The notes beneath the pieces were generated by a model that saw only the letters and a list, made by a program, of their open reading frames with translations, ran no database searches and was not told the DNA's origin. Made by a program: the position numbers and the translations under genes. Of a stretch of DNA of 64,000 bases, positions 62,403 through 64,000 are shown in pieces (position 1 is the stretch's first letter; each line of letters begins with the position of its first letter). Origin of the DNA: Anaerolineaceae bacterium UBA2260. GTDB lineage: Bacteria; Chloroflexota; Anaerolineae; Anaerolineales; Anaerolineaceae. Location: assembly GCA_002347485.1 (NCBI GenBank), contig DDXM01000037.1, positions 16,502 through 80,501 of the forward strand. Reading direction: 5' to 3'.

Positions 62403-63014
62403 TTAATTCGACTTTGTGATGACTTTATTCTCGATCATGCGCGCGATGATCATCTCAACGCACTCATCCACGCTGTATTTATCGCTTTGCACCTCAAGTT
62501 CAGGCGCGTCGGGCGGTTCGTAAGGAGAAGTGACCCCGGTGAACTCGCTGAGCTCTCCGTTGATGGCCTTTTGGTAAAGTCCCTTCGGGTCGCGCTGCTG
62601 GCAGATCTCAAGCGGGCAGGAGACAAAAATTTCCCAAAATCCTCCCTCGGGCAGCAAGGCGCGTACACGATCGCGATCCGTTCGGAATGGGCTGATAAAC
62701 GCGGTGATCACGATCAGCCCGGCATTATACATTAATTTTGCCACTTCGCCGATGCGGCGGATGTTTTCCCGGCGGTCTTCCTCTGAGAACCCCAAATCCG
62801 CGTTCAAGCCTGTGCGGATGTTATCTCCATCCAGCAGGCAGGTGTGTGCCTGGAAAGTAAGAACCAGTTTGTGTTCCAGGGCATTCGCGATGGTGCTTTT
62901 TCCGCTTCCTGAAAGACCAGTCATCCAAATGACGAGCGGTTGATGCCCTTTGACAAGGCTGCGCGCTTGCAGCGTTACCGTGTGCTGGTGAGGGTGAATT
63001 TCTTTTGAAATCAA
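62403..63014 (-). CDS. cysC: Adenylylsulfate (APS) kinase
   Basis: [80 protein letters not shown] and [10 protein letters not shown] are the canonical CysC pattern. The start is TTG. Confidence 0.92.
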   Translation of the reverse strand: MISKEIHPHQHTVTLQARSLVKGHQPLVIWMTGLSGSGKSTIANALEHKLVLTFQAHTCLLDGDNIRTGLNADLGFSEEDRRENIRRIGEVAKLMYNAGLIVITAFISPFRTDRDRVRALLPEGGFWEIFVSCPLEICQQRDPKGLYQKAINGELSEFTGVTSPYEPPDAPELEVQSDKYSVDECVEMIIARMIENKVITKSN

Positions 63015-63054
63015 TTTTTTTCAACAACCTTTCAGGATCGACTCGAACTTTTAG

Positions 63055-63804
63055 TTAAAACCAGATTTGGTACAGGGTTCTCAGCTGAAGGAAAACGATA
63101 AGAATTCCCACGATGATCATGATGGCTTTGCGTGGCAGTTTTTTGGTGACGAAAGCGCCGAGAGGCGCTGCGATCACACCGCCGAGAAGCAACCCGAGGA
63201 TGACCTTCCAGTGAGTGAGGCCGATCGTGACAATGAAAACTACTGATTCTGTAACGGTGACGAAAAACTCAGAAAAGTTGACCGAACCGATGGTTTTTCG
63301 CGGCGAATGACCGGTGGAGATTAAGGTTGATGTAACCACAGGTCCCCATCCACCTCCGCCAATGGCATCCAGGCTTCCGCCTGCCAGACCAAGCGCTACC
63401 AGCAAACCGGTTTTCGGTTCATGGTCGTGTTCGGGGGTCGGACGAAAAGCCTTCCAAAGAATGCGTACGCCCATGATCAACAGGTAGATCGAGATCCAAG
63501 GTTTGATCATATTTCCGTCAATAGTCGTCAGAATGTATGCGCCCAATCCACCGCCGATCACGCCGGGGATCAGCAAGCGCAGCACCATGCGTTTGTCGAT
63601 ATTTCCGAATTTAAGGTGCGAGAGGCCGGAAATTAAAGTCGTAACTACCTCTGACGCGTGTACGCTCGAGCTGGCAATGGCCGGGGAGAGACCGACGGTC
63701 AACAGGAAACTATTGGCGGAAACACCATAAGCCATACCAAGGCTGCCATCAATGATCTGGGCGATAAATCCAACGAGAACGAGCAACAAGAATGGAACGT
63801 CCAT
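63055..63804 (-). CDS. TauE/SafE-family (DUF81) anion permease, first gene of the PAPS operon
   Basis: The 249-aa product has 7-8 helices. An internal duplication is visible in GxxxGGLGAY / GxxxAPLGAF-type motifs (VIGGGLGAYIL and VIAAPLGAFV). Confidence 0.8.
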   Translation of the reverse strand: MDVPFLLLVLVGFIAQIIDGSLGMAYGVSANSFLLTVGLSPAIASSSVHASEVVTTLISGLSHLKFGNIDKRMVLRLLIPGVIGGGLGAYILTTIDGNMIKPWISIYLLIMGVRILWKAFRPTPEHDHEPKTGLLVALGLAGGSLDAIGGGGWGPVVTSTLISTGHSPRKTIGSVNFSEFFVTVTESVVFIVTIGLTHWKVILGLLLGGVIAAPLGAFVTKKLPRKAIMIIVGILIVFLQLRTLYQIWF

Positions 63805-63847
63805 GAAGGTCTCCCGTGTGATGAGAATAAGGGTAGATCACCCGCCT

Positions 63848-63853
63848 ATTATA
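63848..63853 (-). promoter_or_regulatory. Candidate -10 (TATAAT on the minus strand) for the TauE-cysC-cysD-cysN operon
   Basis: The minus strand reads GGGATTATAATAGG about 45 nt upstream of the ATG at 63804. GGGAGA lies just before the start. No clear -35 is present. Confidence 0.3.
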
Positions 63854-63971
63854 ATCCCTAAACTGAGGAGCGATTTACGTACAGCTGATAATGTAAGAGC
63901 AAAGTGATAATGTCCCTAATATGACAGAGCAATAAAATATCAACCACCCCCTTAAGATGGGTGCGTTTTAG

Positions 63972-64000
63972 TGGGGCGAGAGGGGGTCGAACCCTCACGA
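63972..64000 (-). tRNA. 3' portion of a tRNA gene (acceptor 3' strand and T-arm); identity not determinable, runs off the window
   Basis: The reverse complement of 63972-64000 reads ...GAGGG-TTCGACC-CCCTC-TCGCCCC-A. This gives a 5-bp T-stem, a canonical TTCGAnn T-loop, a 7-nt acceptor strand and discriminator A. No CCA is encoded. Confidence 0.6.

Noticed and set aside
1-64000. A search for mobile elements, integrases, toxin-antitoxin pairs, restriction-modification systems or known defence systems as the source of novelty.
   Set aside because: I recognised no transposase, integrase or recombinase motifs, no terminal inverted repeats flanking the AT-rich island and no nuclease, helicase or methylase signatures. 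The accessory character of the window is entirely envelope-glycan related.

Overview
This 64-kb window is almost entirely gene-dense bacterial chromosome. The style (PT-rich linkers, Cys-motif LysM proteins, TGn extended -10 promoters) suggests a Chloroflexota/Anaerolineae-like organism, but that is inference only. I found no rRNA, CRISPR array, transposase or integrase.

Layout:
- 1-6.5 kb: an amine/amino-acid catabolic island with an APC permease, an AsnC/Lrp regulator, a PatA-like putrescine aminotransferase, an SSF symporter and a second class-III aminotransferase.
- 6.7-12.1 kb: a dynamin-like GTPase and a heterodimeric ABC exporter pair.
- 12.3-38.2 kb: glycan locus A. It holds a GT4, a WbaP-type initiating transferase, an 844-aa GT-C-like membrane protein, a gmd-rmlCBAD operon, a large GT2 and Wzm/Wzt ABC-2 exporter genes. 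It also holds four paralogous sulfotransferase-like genes, a WbsX-family gene, a 1063-aa multidomain enzyme (repeat module, TupA-type ATP-grasp, possible methyltransferase-like region, GT4, coiled coil) and a convergent acyl carrier protein plus adenylating ligase.
- 38.5-52.1 kb: glycan locus B. It holds an RfaH/NusG-like paralogue, an 11-bp x4 tandem repeat over a promoter, a domain-permuted phosphoglycosyl transferase, an SDR / nucleotidyltransferase / DegT aminotransferase trio and a stretch of decayed genes. It also holds an SLT transglycosylase, a Wzc-like chain-length/tyrosine-kinase fusion, a Cys-motif LysM protein and an LMW-PTP::LCP fusion.
- 52.4-59.4 kb: a 1418-aa secreted multi-repeat protein, a second adenylating ligase, a WbpD-like N-acetyltransferase and a truncated WbpB-like remnant.
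- 59.7-63.8 kb: a PAPS-supply operon (TauE/SafE permease, cysC, cysD, and cysN fused to a degenerate APS-kinase-like domain), followed by a partial tRNA at the right edge.

The main lead is a probable sulfated-glycan assembly system. Multiple sulfotransferase-like paralogues and the 1063-aa enzyme all carry the same uncharacterised double ~33-aa repeat module. They sit beside an ABC-2 exporter and in the same window as a dedicated PAPS operon.
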